A stretch of 64,000 bases of DNA from an uncultured virus (IMG/VR IMGVR_UViG_3300039171_000040) (IMGVR_UViG_3300039171_000040:1-64000); one strand, 5' to 3'; positions 29,667-41,606 are shown, counted from the stretch's first letter. A program made the numbers and translations. The notes: generated by a model from the letters alone, not told the origin.

Positions 29667-29951
29667 TTATTTGCCTATGTTAATATTTGGGACTATTTCA
29701 GTTTCCTTTGCATCCAATTTTGACTCTGCAAAAGTCTTATCAGCTTTCATTTTTTGTGATATGGTTACTCTATCTGTATTCAATTTTTCCCTTATGTAAA
29801 CATTTGACCCGCCGACATGAGACTTTATAAAAGTTGTGGCATTTGTCAAAAAACCAATAAGGAATGATCTAGTGCTAAATGCTTGTGTGCTAAATGCTTG
29901 TGTGCTGAAACTCTTTTCATCAAATCCAGACATTAGGAAGTACCTCTCCAC
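29667..29951 (-). CDS. Small protein with FSTQA repeats
   Basis: 15-bp tandem repeat encoding FSTQA-FSTQA-FSTRS. Confidence 0.5.
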   Translation of the reverse strand: MERYFLMSGFDEKSFSTQAFSTQAFSTRSFLIGFLTNATTFIKSHVGGSNVYIREKLNTDRVTISQKMKADKTFAESKLDAKETEIVPNINIGK

Positions 29952-30454
29952 TTGTCATTATCAGAACCAGACCCATACACTTTAGAATTGTTGATGGACA
30001 ATTGATTAACGTCAAGTTCGTTTTCTTTAGTGAATACCATGTTATCTGTTTTGTCTTTGATTGATTGTATCAAAGAAGTTAACAAACTATTATCAACAAC
30101 ACCACCACTTCCATTAACAGAAATTGCTGTAGCTTGTACAGGAGTTTCCAAATTGACCAACACCTGAAAATTTCCAAGTGTTGGTGCAATAGGGTTTCCG
30201 CCTTCTTCAACAATCAAGTTGCCTGAAATTGTTGTTACACCATTTGATTCCTTTGGTCTAACTCGCCAACCATTTTGAAGAAATATATAAAGAGCTACAG
30301 GAACTTGACCACCAAGTTGTCTAAGTATTGGTCCGTATTTTAAATTATCCCCTAACACAGACCAGTCAACAAAAGCTGTCCATAACTGGTTAGTAGATAC
30401 TGTAAAAGAATCAAGGTTAATAATTTTATTTTCTGGATCAAATGTAATAGCCAT
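29933..30454 (-). CDS. Putative virion structural protein
   Basis: MAITFDP.NK.I, FL.NGWRVRP motifs; in late island. Confidence 0.6.
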   Translation of the reverse strand: MAITFDPENKIINLDSFTVSTNQLWTAFVDWSVLGDNLKYGPILRQLGGQVPVALYIFLQNGWRVRPKESNGVTTISGNLIVEEGGNPIAPTLGNFQVLVNLETPVQATAISVNGSGGVVDNSLLTSLIQSIKDKTDNMVFTKENELDVNQLSINNSKVYGSGSDNDKWRGTS

Positions 30455-30462
30455 AATTCACC

Positions 30463-31821
30463 TTAGATATATGCGCGGTCTCTTTCTGCTACCAATGAAA
30501 GCGTCAAAGCTTTGCTTCGAGTTAGTGTACCTGTGGCTACTGCGAACTTAGAAGCGTTAGGGCGTATACCTATAAGAGTAACACCCTTGTCTGTACCTGC
30601 TGTTCCACCAAAAGAATCACCGTCATAGTCAAAGTCAAAGCCGATAGAACCAGATGTAATCACACCAGTTATATCAGAACCACTAGAATCTTGAACTGTA
30701 ATAGCACCAGATTCACCATAGTTATTATCTGCACCAGCGGGAGAAGTATACATCAAACGATAACTTGATCCAGCACCCACCATGATATCATTGAAGTTAA
30801 GAGTGCCCGCTGCCGTAAACGGATTAGTTCTAACAATACCATTCTGATCAGTGAACTCGATACGGTTGCTATCAGCTTGTTGAATATTATCAACATAAAC
30901 ACCTGTAGCAGTTACCAGCGTTTCGCCAACAAAGGCAAGCAAAGCATCTGCTGTTTGTCCAATTACACTTCCAGTACCATTATCAATGTCACTGTTCTGA
31001 CGTAGCAGGTATTGAATCTTTTCATAAATCTCTTCTAGTGTTGCACCATTGCCTTCAATAATTACTTGGTAAGGGTAATTAGTACCACCAACCAATCTAT
31101 TCTGATCAGTCGCAAAATACTCAACATTGATTCCGGTATAAGGAGCGTTTGTTGCTATGTTTGCATCTGTTTCTGTAATCTTCAAATCGTCTTGGTTAGA
31201 CAACAAGAGGTTTACAATAAAAGCACCGGTATCTGTTTTACCAGTATCCGCCAACACAGAATCAGCAAAAATCTTACCTTGCTCACGAACAAAGCCTTTA
31301 AAGAATGTTCTGTTGTCAAAACTACCGTTATCAGCATTACCAAAAACTTGAATACCTTCGTTAACCTGATCCGTAAATGTAAAATCTACAGGAGCAGATG
31401 TAGATGTAATTTGGTAGTATGGTTGTGAACCGCCACTGATTGATCCCAGACCTACGACACCAGCATACACACGCAACAGAGTACCAGCATCGTTGTACTC
31501 TTCCCAACCACCATCCCTCATGACCTGCCTTGTGAAGTCGTTAAGAGGTGCCCATCCGTTAGAATTACCACCAGCATCAATACCGATCTGATACTGACCA
31601 GACAAAGCATCGAGTGCGTTCATCGGGAATGGACTGTCTTGATATGTAGATGTTGCCCACAAGTCAACCAACTTTGAATAGAGAGCCTGAATAGTTACAC
31701 CATCCTTTGCTGTTAAATTATTGCCAGCCCCTGTTTCACTCAGTCCAAATGTTCTTGCTACCTCGTCTATAAGTAACTCAGTACCTACGTTGAGACTTGA
31801 TCTATCTGTAATTTTAGCCAT
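30463..31821 (-). CDS. Putative virion structural protein (acidic, G/T/D-rich)
   Basis: 452 aa; GVTIQALYS.L...W; in late island. Confidence 0.65.
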   Translation of the reverse strand: MAKITDRSSLNVGTELLIDEVARTFGLSETGAGNNLTAKDGVTIQALYSKLVDLWATSTYQDSPFPMNALDALSGQYQIGIDAGGNSNGWAPLNDFTRQVMRDGGWEEYNDAGTLLRVYAGVVGLGSISGGSQPYYQITSTSAPVDFTFTDQVNEGIQVFGNADNGSFDNRTFFKGFVREQGKIFADSVLADTGKTDTGAFIVNLLLSNQDDLKITETDANIATNAPYTGINVEYFATDQNRLVGGTNYPYQVIIEGNGATLEEIYEKIQYLLRQNSDIDNGTGSVIGQTADALLAFVGETLVTATGVYVDNIQQADSNRIEFTDQNGIVRTNPFTAAGTLNFNDIMVGAGSSYRLMYTSPAGADNNYGESGAITVQDSSGSDITGVITSGSIGFDFDYDGDSFGGTAGTDKGVTLIGIRPNASKFAVATGTLTRSKALTLSLVAERDRAYI

Positions 31822-32006
31822 TATACTTTACCTTTTGTTTTTGTAGTTACAACATAGTTTGAGTTTGAATACTTTATTATCCCATTTCCTAAATCCTGAA
31901 TTTTTGTGGGTCTGAATAATGAACCTCCCAAAATAAAAGCGGTTTGATCATCAAAAACAAACCCAATATACTTCCCATCGGTTGTTTCGATAATTTGTCT
32001 TATCAT
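31821..32006 (-). CDS. Small hypothetical protein
   Basis: Translationally coupled on both sides. Confidence 0.55.
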   Translation of the reverse strand: MIRQIIETTDGKYIGFVFDDQTAFILGGSLFRPTKIQDLGNGIIKYSNSNYVVTTKTKGKV

Positions 32007-33895
32007 AAGTAATTCCTGTCTACTCTAAGAGAAATAGGTAGTGTTGCACTATTGCCAGTAAGAGAATAGCCGTATGTATAATTAACTTGAAAACCGGGTT
32101 TAATAACACCTATATCAACATCAAACGTTCCGCTAAAGTTATACAGGAAAGTGTTACCTGCTTGAGCGTCAACACTTGCCAACACGTTGTCAGTGCCTGC
32201 TTCTAGGATTACTACATCACACCCTGTTTGGTTTATTTTTATAGTAAGTGTGCTAGTAACAGGGGGAGTATATATTGCCCCGTTATCTGACTGCATAGTT
32301 AATACACCGGCAAATGGATTACCGTTTTGATCAATGACTCTTACGCCTTTGTTGCCATTTGAGTAAGATGCTCTTACAGTTGAACTACCTGCCATTGGTA
32401 TTAAGTCGTGCCAAAGCAACCCACCAGATTTACCACCTATGCTATTGTTCCTACCTAGCACTGCTTGCAAGTAATGTTGTATATCAGTCAATGTTAAACC
32501 TGAGTTTACCGAAGTGTCACCGGTAACTGTTATTGAAAAAGGTAAGCCATTCCATGTAACGGGCGAGGTATCTGCAATTGTAATTCCTGTATGCGCTAAG
32601 GCAGTAGACAAAGACTGAGTAACTAAATTATCGTCGCTTAATGCTACGCTTTGTTTTATAGCATTACTAATTGGAGAGTTTAATGAAGCCCAAACATAGC
32701 CGTACTTTCTAATTCTAATTCTAAAAGGCCCAAAGTATGTATTAGCTTCTTGAAACTCTGCAAGTATTTCAGGAACTACGCCGCTTGCATCACTTATTAC
32801 AGGATTGGGTGAGCTATCATTAGCTGCGTTTATTCTAACGCAAACATCTTCTAAAGCTGCACCACTTGAATCAGTTGTAACATAGTTTACTGATTTAAAT
32901 TGATGGGCATCACCAGAGTCAGTACCAAAAGTTGTACAATCAATAAAGTCAATTTGTCCATCACCTGCATTATTAAAAACAGTTCCATTACTATCGGTAA
33001 AAATAGTATCTCTGAAAGTACCAGTAAAAGATTCAAAGTTTTTCATCACTGTGTCATTCTGGAAGAATATTACAGAAGACACTGGGCGTGTAAAAGTAGC
33101 ACCTAATGACCAAGCAGGGACAGCGTTATTATTACCAGACATACGACATTGCGCCCACTCAGTAGCTTCATGGTAAAATCTCCCACCCATTGGGCCATCA
33201 AAAGAACAGCCAATAAATCGAGTCGGGCCTCTCATACGTTGAAAGCTCCAATCACCTGATGTGGGATTCTTAGTTTGAATCAGCGACCCGTAATAGTTAA
33301 TCACTGCCCCGTTGCTGTCTTTGCTATTATCGTTTTTGTAGTAACTATTACCAACCGTTGATGTTTTATTAAAAAATATGTTACACCCGTTAGTTGTTTC
33401 TACTGAGTTATTCTTTTCTCCACCCCACAACAATCCAAACTGGATTACTGTTCCTGAATCAATATTCCACAAAAGTCCATTGTCTCCATGCTTCATTTCT
33501 AGGGATATGTCTGTGTCACCAAAAAAGCCATCATTAATAATGTCCCACTGTGCATCCCACTGGAAACTACTATCGCCAATTTTTCTTAAGTTAGAGTTTC
33601 CGATATCGTGTACATCTTGACAAGTGTGAGCCACACGGAAAGTTCCCGAAGCACTACCTAAGTTTCTCCAAGCATCATGTACAGTTATGTTATCACCAGA
33701 AACTCCTGTTACTAACCTAACTTGTGTATCAGTTGAACTAGAAGTTGAAGGAGCGAAAGCAATTAACCTACCAATCCAACTAGAACTAGAACTTGTGCCT
33801 GATGTGCGAGTAAGGGTAGTTCCTGATATTGATGCGTTACCGTCAGCAAACGAACCGTTTATTGTTACTTTGTTGTTTCCATATGAAACTGACAT
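32003..33895 (-). CDS. Putative appendage/fibre protein (S/T/G/N-rich, beta-helix-like centre)
   Basis: 630 aa; late promoter at 33948-33955. Confidence 0.6.
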   Translation of the reverse strand: MSVSYGNNKVTINGSFADGNASISGTTLTRTSGTSSSSSWIGRLIAFAPSTSSSTDTQVRLVTGVSGDNITVHDAWRNLGSASGTFRVAHTCQDVHDIGNSNLRKIGDSSFQWDAQWDIINDGFFGDTDISLEMKHGDNGLLWNIDSGTVIQFGLLWGGEKNNSVETTNGCNIFFNKTSTVGNSYYKNDNSKDSNGAVINYYGSLIQTKNPTSGDWSFQRMRGPTRFIGCSFDGPMGGRFYHEATEWAQCRMSGNNNAVPAWSLGATFTRPVSSVIFFQNDTVMKNFESFTGTFRDTIFTDSNGTVFNNAGDGQIDFIDCTTFGTDSGDAHQFKSVNYVTTDSSGAALEDVCVRINAANDSSPNPVISDASGVVPEILAEFQEANTYFGPFRIRIRKYGYVWASLNSPISNAIKQSVALSDDNLVTQSLSTALAHTGITIADTSPVTWNGLPFSITVTGDTSVNSGLTLTDIQHYLQAVLGRNNSIGGKSGGLLWHDLIPMAGSSTVRASYSNGNKGVRVIDQNGNPFAGVLTMQSDNGAIYTPPVTSTLTIKINQTGCDVVILEAGTDNVLASVDAQAGNTFLYNFSGTFDVDIGVIKPGFQVNYTYGYSLTGNSATLPISLRVDRNYL

Positions 33896-34023
33896 TTATA
33901 GATTACCTGATTGTGTTATTGTAGTGCCACTTAAAGAAAATCTCATTTATTTATATACCCACTGTTTTAATTATTAACTTAGAAGAGAAACAAACCACTT
34001 TAAAATTTCTTTCCAAATTTTTC

Positions 34024-34344
34024 TTAACGCACTTGCAAATCCACCGGAGGCATTGGAATTCCGGTCATAGTAAAAGTTACAGAATTAGACCACGCAGATT
34101 TTGAATTCGGTCGTGACTTGACAAATGAACGTAGGGCGATTTCTTGATCGCCTTTGCCAAGCTCAAGTTCAGCTAGTGGAGCTTCATACTGACCGTCAGG
34201 CTGTAAATCACCAACCAATGTATAGATAGGAACAAATTCTTCATTGACTTTCTGACCAACTTCGTATTCAATAGATTCTTCAATAGGAGAACCATCTTCA
34301 AACGTGGTTGGTGCTGTCCAAACTAATTTAGTAAAATTTTCCAT
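34024..34344 (-). CDS. Stand-alone fibronectin type III/Ig-like domain protein
   Basis: L.WTAPT..EDGSPI...YEV...S.WSNSV..P.PP..L.V pattern; late promoter at 34375-34382. Confidence 0.7.
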   Translation of the reverse strand: MENFTKLVWTAPTTFEDGSPIEESIEYEVGQKVNEEFVPIYTLVGDLQPDGQYEAPLAELELGKGDQEIALRSFVKSRPNSKSAWSNSVTFTMTGIPMPPVDLQVR

Positions 34345-34836
34345 TTTATTTTTCCTCTGTATGTGCTATACTTCTATTTATAAACTCTGATGGAGAAAAG
34401 TTTGTGGCTAATAAAATGATTTACGCAAAGGACTTGAAATCTAACAGTATAATTTTTATCAATAACACTGCTGTGATGATAAAATTTGTTGACGTTGGCC
34501 CAAAATCTGTGTATGCTAAGGCTCTTGGTGGCAAATCGCTGTCGTTTCCTGTTAATAAAGTTATCGAGGTATCTTCATGAAAAGATTCATTATTGAACCT
34601 CTTACAATAGATGTTTCCGATCCAGTCAAGATCAATCTGAACTGGTGGTGGCCACTGAGTGCAAAAGGATTTGGTGAATACAGTCAATTTATTTCACACG
34701 TTGTTTATTACAAACTAACAAAATCATCACATTCATTCTGTATTGAAGATGAGTTTGAAAAGAAATACTTGTTGGTTGTGAAAAAGATTGACAGAGACTG
34801 CTTTCTTTCAATTACTCCAATGATTGAGAAACTTGA

Positions 34837-35151
34837 ATGATGTTCTTATTCGATGATACATGCAAAGTAGTGAACAGATCAAAAGACATATACGATGTCT
34901 ACATTGGCAGGCCCAGTATTTTTCAAAACCCTTATGTTATTGGAAGGGATGGAACCAGAGAAGATGTTATCGAAAAGTTCAAATCTTATTTCATCGACAA
35001 GATAAAAACTGATAAGGACTTCAAATTTAAAGTTGACAGATTGAAAGGTAAAGTTCTTGGCTGTCACTGCAAACCAAAAGATTGCCATGGTGATATAATA
35101 AAGGCTTATATCGAAGGGAAATTAAAAATTGAAATGCCAAAAAATGATTGA
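34837..35151 (+). CDS. DUF4326-family protein
   Basis: YIGRPS.F.NP, L.GKVLGCHCKP..CHGD motifs. Confidence 0.85.
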   Translation: MMFLFDDTCKVVNRSKDIYDVYIGRPSIFQNPYVIGRDGTREDVIEKFKSYFIDKIKTDKDFKFKVDRLKGKVLGCHCKPKDCHGDIIKAYIEGKLKIEMPKND

Positions 35152-35653
35152 TCATCTACAATCAAGACACTTTGAAATACAACGATACAATGGTGTTTAC
35201 ATTTCTGATGATGCTGCCTGCCTTACGTTATGGAACTTATCAGGGCAGATGTGTGGATATCAGCAATACACACCAGCCGCTGGAAAAGAAAAAAGAAACA
35301 ATCCTAGAGAGGGTCGGTACTACACTTCTGTCCATGGAAGAAAAAATGAAAAACCGATTGCAATTTGGGGTTTGGAAAGTTTAGACTACAGAAAGGACAT
35401 TATAGTTATCACAGAAGGCGTTTTTGATGCTGTGAGGTTCCACAACTACAATATTCCAGCCGTAGCTCTTCTTTCATCTAGCTGCAAACCCTATAAGAAC
35501 TGGTTGCTTTCACTAGGGAGAAAGATTTATAAAGGTGAAGATGAATCTGGTAGTGGGTTAGGCCCATTTCCAAATATAGAATGTCCAGAAAAAGATTTTG
35601 GGGAATGCTCCATTGATCAGATGGACAAAATCATAAGGGAGAATTTTAGATGA
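35144..35653 (+). CDS. Small TOPRIM/primase-like protein
   Basis: LWNLSGQ..GYQQY.P, WGLESL, ITEGVFDA and KDFGE motifs. Confidence 0.75.
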   Translation: MIDHLQSRHFEIQRYNGVYISDDAACLTLWNLSGQMCGYQQYTPAAGKEKRNNPREGRYYTSVHGRKNEKPIAIWGLESLDYRKDIIVITEGVFDAVRFHNYNIPAVALLSSSCKPYKNWLLSLGRKIYKGEDESGSGLGPFPNIECPEKDFGECSIDQMDKIIRENFR

Positions 35654-35903
35654 GTAAAGATAACAAGCCAACACCAGAAAACATTCGAAACATGACAGAT
35701 GACGAGCTACAATTCTCATTCGATGCATGGCAAGACGAAAAGAAGAAGCTATTAGAACAATACGGAAATATGTGTAGAATCACTGGCGCTATCTGGCGTG
35801 AGATAGCAGAAAGAAAATGTGAAAAAGAGATTGACGGATACAAAAAATTCCATTAGTATTAAATTGAACTAAACCAAAAACTGAAATTAAAAGGAAATGA
35901 ATT

Positions 35904-36191
35904 ATGTTTTTCTCAACCGGGGCGACCCAGATTCCAGACTCTGATCTTCCGGATTATCGCTATACGCTTGAGCGTGACCGGGACAACAACCCAGTTACCC
36001 GATTGATGACTGGATCGGCCGTGAGCCGGGTTCAGGGCATCAGCATAATAGCTTCGGAATATCGGGATGGCAGCGGTGCTATCGCTTACGTAACATCAGT
36101 GACCCCGGGCTTTCAAAGCGCCCGATTCGAGGCACCAACATGGCAAGAGGCGTTTCGCCTCGGCGCGGCACACCGCCGCAAGTTTCTTTAA
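35904..36191 (+). CDS. Hypothetical protein on a GC-rich insert
   Basis: Intact ORF with AAGGA RBS; visibly higher GC than flanks. Confidence 0.55.
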   Translation: MFFSTGATQIPDSDLPDYRYTLERDRDNNPVTRLMTGSAVSRVQGISIIASEYRDGSGAIAYVTSVTPGFQSARFEAPTWQEAFRLGAAHRRKFL

Positions 36192-37019
36192 CGCGCATCA
36201 GGAGGCCGAATCATGGCTAAAGCAAAGCGCAAGGTAACGGCCTTGAATTTGAACAGTACGCAGATGCACGACATTTGAAATTTGTTCATGGTAAGGGTGT
36301 TCCAAAAAGCGAAATTCACAAAATTTACAAATAGGTAAAATTATGTTTGTTATTGTAAAAAATCCAGTATACGTAAAAAATTCAAACCTCATTGATATCA
36401 ATAGTGGGTTTCAGGTATCAACTATGCGTGTTGACTTTAGTGAGTTTTCTTCCTTAAAAGAAATCAAAGAAACTTTGACGTATATGAATAGCGTGAATGT
36501 TCATCTAATGAATGATCGAGAAATGGTTTTTCGATCAGATAAGATGGTTGAGATGATTGAGCTTCTAGAAAACATGACTTCTTCTAATGGATTTCGTGAT
36601 AATAGACTATTGACCAGAAAAGCTAATCTTAGATGGGCTGTATTAGATTTGCTAGAAGATGGTGAGGAAGAAAAAAATTTGCCTCTCAGTAAGAATTCAG
36701 GTATAGTTTAGGTATAGATTATTCATTGAAGAGGATTTATGCGATGTCTAACTCAAATCGAATCAAAGAATTTGTGAAGTCTGTTAAGGAAGATAGAGAA
36801 TTCGGACACATCTATGCAAGGGTTTCATACAACGATGATTTGATTACCCGAGAAGGCGTTACACAAATTCGCAGCAAGAAACACAATATCCAAGCAATGG
36901 CTTGGGATGATCTTGGAAATATGACTGCTTTGTATCCAAATGGGGCAATTCGTCAATACATCACTAAAAAAGAAATCCGTGACGCTGGTATCACAGGAAT
37001 TTAAGAGGAAGTTAATAAT

Positions 37020-37997
37020 ATGGAACACATTAGTTTTGGATCGGTGGAATCTCTTCACAATAAAGTTAAGGAAGCTTATCGATATAACATTCAGAAGAAT
37101 ACGTTTTTTGCTAAGCCTAAACTTCATGGAACAAATGCAAGCATTGTATTTACACCTAATGAAGTATACGCGCAATCTCGTAAAAACGTTCTCAGTCTAG
37201 AAAATGACAATGCTGGTTTTGCTCGTTGGGTTTCTGAGCTTTCTCTTTCTAATAAAACCTCAGATGGAATTACGTATATTTTGTATGGTGAATGGGCTGG
37301 CCAAGGCATTCAGAAAAATGATGCAGTGACTAAAATTGGAAAGAAAGCATTTTTTCCAATTTGTCTTCGTCGCATCTATAGTGATGATAGACCTGATCGT
37401 GTAGATAATGAAGAATACCTTATTAAATCGGGGCTTGAGAATATGGGGATTGCTGATCATCCAGACATTCACATCATTCCGAAAATGGGAGAAATCAGCA
37501 TTTGTCTTAACGGTGATGTTGATCACCTGACACAAGTAGAAACTTATGTCAACAAAATGGTTGAAAGTTTCGAAACGGTTGATCCATACATCAAAGAAGA
37601 ATTTGGGGTTGAAGGCGTTGGCGAAGGCGTGGTATTCTATCCAGACACAAACGATTGGAACACATACAAGAATCTGATGTTCAAGGCCAAGACAGAAGCG
37701 CACAGGGTGAACAAGTCAAAGTCTGCGGCAAGTATGAAGGTTGAAGTGAGTCCTGATGTGGCTGACTTTGCTGATCGCTTTGCAACCATTCAGCGATTTG
37801 AACAAGCAATGACAGAATTAAACACTGGCTTTGACATGAAAGCCATGGGACAATTCCTCAAGTGGGTGAATGTTGACATCATCAAAGAAAGCAAAGACGA
37901 GCTTGAAGAGTCTGAGCTTGAATGGAAAGAATGTGCTAAAGAAATCACAAAAGTGAGCCGTAGTTGGTTCATGAACAATGCAAAAAGGATTACATAA
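37020..37997 (+). CDS. RNA ligase, Rnl2 family
   Basis: Motif I KLHGTN, YGEWAG, EGVV and FKAK nucleotidyltransferase motifs. Confidence 0.88.
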   Translation: MEHISFGSVESLHNKVKEAYRYNIQKNTFFAKPKLHGTNASIVFTPNEVYAQSRKNVLSLENDNAGFARWVSELSLSNKTSDGITYILYGEWAGQGIQKNDAVTKIGKKAFFPICLRRIYSDDRPDRVDNEEYLIKSGLENMGIADHPDIHIIPKMGEISICLNGDVDHLTQVETYVNKMVESFETVDPYIKEEFGVEGVGEGVVFYPDTNDWNTYKNLMFKAKTEAHRVNKSKSAASMKVEVSPDVADFADRFATIQRFEQAMTELNTGFDMKAMGQFLKWVNVDIIKESKDELEESELEWKECAKEITKVSRSWFMNNAKRIT

Positions 37998-38674
37998 TGA
38001 ATTTTAAAGATGTAAAAGTAGGTAAAGAAGTTAAAGTCGTATCAGAGTGTAGTGTTTGGGGACGTATTGGTAAAATTGTGAAATTTAATTCTTCTTCTGA
38101 TGTGTATGTTTTATTTGATACCTTGCCATGTTCTTATGGAGGCAAAAATCCTGTTCGACTATCATCAAGGTCTCTTGAACTTGTGAACAAAGTAAAAGTA
38201 GAACCAGAGGTTGAAGATAACTTGGATGATGTGCGGATTGGTGTATTCTACGATTCAAACTATATAAAAACAGACACATTTATTACAGCTAATTATTTTT
38301 CTACCAACGAAGAAGTTTTAATTGTCAGGGAGAAAAGCAAAGAAGCCTGTATGAAAATCTTAGATGATTTAATTGTAGAGGGTGATGTCGATGATGATGA
38401 ATATGATACGTTTGTATTTGATAATCAAAAATACAAAATCAAAACACAACTTTCTGTGGTGATTGATTATGATTGATACAAATGAGCCGATAAAAGCGAT
38501 TTATCGGATCATTGAAAAAGTGACTAGATCATATTAAAACACTCCAAACAATGAGGAAGAATTCGTAATGACGCTTAATAAAATCATTAACCACAAAGGC
38601 GATGTGAGTTGCGTGATACAGTGGTTAATGGAATGAAGCTGGATTTTGTGAAGAAATTCTTTGTTCGATAAAGC

Positions 38675-38749
38675 TTGACGCCAGACCCTCAGTATGAAAT
38701 AATACCTTTGTACTGAGGGAATACCGAATCAATTAGGAGATTAAACATG
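38675..38749 (+). promoter_or_regulatory. Early hairpin promoter cassette family A (-35 at 28087, 38675, 38972, 39218, 45275, 52528, 53171, 57986, 59659)
   Basis: TTGNNN-17bp-(A/C)ATAAT with inverted repeat CCTCAGTA/TACTGAGG around the -10 box; TAGGAGATT RBS. Confidence 0.9.
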
Positions 38750-39043
38750 GAATTTATCGAAAGCCACACCACTATCACTAATGTAGTTATTGAATTGTAC
38801 AGCACTGGTAAAGGATTCAAGACAATAACCCATCGTCCAGCAACCAAAAATTCAAAAGCTGAAACCAAAATCAAAACACATAGAACAGAAAGTGCGGCAT
38901 ACTCAAAAATCAATAAAAGTCGTAAAGTTATACGGGAATTGGAAGAGAAGTTGGCAAGAATAAAATAGTTCTTGCAATATCCACCTCAGTATGAAATAAT
39001 ACCTTTGTACTGAGGAAATGACGAAAAAACTAGGAGATTAGAT

Positions 39044-39214
39044 ATGAAAAACGCTAACCAATTTTTACGCGAATTGTTTCTCGACTACTTCAACAACTAC
39101 CTAACCGTTGCATTGTTTGCAGAACATAATGAATTGAGTGTAACAGAAGCAACCTCATTGATTGAAATGGGCAGAAAGCTGCACGAAGAATATGTTGAAC
39201 TGATGAAGAAATAG
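39044..39214 (+). CDS. Small early protein, 56 aa (below ORF-track cutoff)
   Basis: Family A promoter plus TAGGAG RBS; MKNANQFLRELFLDYFNNYLTV..KK*. Confidence 0.75.
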   Translation: MKNANQFLRELFLDYFNNYLTVALFAEHNELSVTEATSLIEMGRKLHEEYVELMKK

Positions 39215-41606
39215 TTCTTGCAATACACACCTCACTATGACATAATATCCTTGTAGTGAGGGATGGCCCTCGAAAGAAAGCCTTTAGGAGATTACATTAT
39301 GAGCCGAATTATCAAAGAAGTCGTTGCATCCTTTCCAGCCTATGATGTTATCAAGCCACGTAAATGTTCACTAACTGGTTTGCCAGTGTTTAAAGATAAT
39401 GATGTTGTTGCAGTTTCAGGCAGTCGCAACTACAGGATGTTGACTTTCGGATCAGTCATCTCTTACGCAATTGAAAACAACGATGATCCGATTGAATCTT
39501 ACAATGATGCTGTTGAACGTGGACACGATCTTCACTGGTTGAATAAGAATTGTGTTTCAATTACCTCTAACAACGAAGCCAAAGAAACCTACCTAGAACT
39601 GAACATTGGTGATGAGATTCTGTTTGAAGGTATCGTGTTTCGGATTGATACTTACTGGGACAAATCACCAAAGCTTGTAAAAGTCGGTACAAAAGAAGGT
39701 TACACTCTAATCTAGAATGAAAAAGCCTCGATTGAGACTTTTTGCTTAAACCACAAAAGGAAATGCAAATGATTTACATTAGTAAGGATTTTCGATTCAA
39801 GACAGATCAATATGGCCATACCCTAGAATCTCGATCTGATGGCAAGGTCAAGGCAACAGGCGAAGACAAAGACATGTGGACAGTGAGTTATCATCCAACA
39901 CACAAACAGGTTGCTAAAAAGGTTCTTGAAACAGCCTTGAACAAAGAAACAGTTGAAGAGAGCGTTAATGAGCTTAACAAAATTCAAGACACACTAGAAC
40001 GGCTTTCTGGGTCGCTGGGTAGTCAAATTACAAAAGTGGTGGAATCATAATGGATATTCATACTCGTGATGGAATTAAAGAACTAACTAAGATGTTAAAA
40101 GAAAAAACTCAAAATAATCCAAATTTTCTTGTAGAAGACAATCTCGGAAATTTTTTCATGAAGCTTGTAGCACAGAAGCTGGCCTATAATCACGGCATTT
40201 ATTATGTTGATGCGGTTCGTATTTCAACTTCAATGAATGTTGAAACAGAAGTTTTAATGGAAGAAGATGATCCTATGAAAGACATTGATGACCTTGCAGT
40301 AATCTATGCAAAGTTTATTGTAGAGATGAATAACTCCATGTATGATGATGAGACAAAAGACATTCAAGTAATGCAAAATTTTGCATCACAAATGAGCTTC
40401 AAGGTCTAATCTATTATGTCTACTAAAGTCGAACCTCACCAATATACAGAAGCCGAAATTCAACAAGTGTTGATGTGGTATACGAAGATCATCAAGATAA
40501 CATTGATGATTATTTTGATTCTGGTGTTCTTTTAGGAGGAATCGCTGGATTAGTTGACAAGCCTTGGAATAGAAGCTACATAAGAGAAAACGTTGTTCTT
40601 ATTTATAATACAAAATAAAAGCATAAAATACTTTACAATCTGGTAGATTCTAATCAGTTTGTAAAGTATTTTCAACATAACAAAAATGATATAATTAGAA
40701 TTTGAAACCAGATCACCAAGTCTGTATACTGATTTTAGAAATTGAGAAAATTTGGAGTCGGTATGTTTGATGATCTGGTTGTTAAGAAATACCCGAATGG
40801 AATGGTGACGTGTGAGTACGTACCATTCCCCAACACAAGAAACACGTACACACTCACGGTCATCTTTAACGACAAACGAGTAACCACTATTCTTGAAAGC
40901 AAGGTTTACAATCGCAAGGAAGATGTGGTAAGATATCTTTGAACTAACAGGAGATTGGATTATGAAAACATTAACTTTTGTACAAATATCAGATAGTAGG
41001 TTTTTGGGATCAGAAAAAGAACTTGAAAGCATACACCAAGCGAAGAAACATTTGAACCAAACGTTCATTACGAGCTTGTAATTCCAATAGAAGCTATTTT
41101 AATGTAGAATCGCTTGTTGGTAGAGAAGAATTCATTGCAATTCTGGGAACAGAGTTGTATGATCAACTAAAAGAGGTTCATAAAAATGACCAAAAAAAAT
41201 AAAGCGTTTATGATTGAAGTCATTGAAGAGTCCTATGAGTAGAGAACCATAATCAGGAACTGGGTAGAGATTGAAGGTTATACAGAAATCGTTTATCAAG
41301 AATGGTGTATGAGTATTGGGCAATGGGTAGACAAAACTACGCTACCTGCTTTTTCAAAAGAACAGTTGCAGTGCTTTCAAGATTCTGTTAATGTGGTTCT
41401 AGAAAACTTTTTATAAATAGAATATGTTGGGGGTGACACCTTAGCAGCTTAGAAAAGATGTTCTCGCTCAGGATAATGGCGAAAACTCTTCCGGCAAATT
41501 TTGTTCAACAATAGCAACATAACATGGTGAAAGACCAAACGCCTTATTTAATGGTGGATTAGAGGTGGTGTTGTGGCGGGACAACTTTTCTAAGCATAGG
41601 AGATAT

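Noticed and set aside
38675..39300. Three near-identical palindromic repeats about 250-300 bp apart, resembling a CRISPR or attC array
   Set aside because: The intervals are whole ORFs, and each repeat has -35/-10 boxes and an RBS. No cas or integrase gene is in the window. Treated as promoter cassettes.
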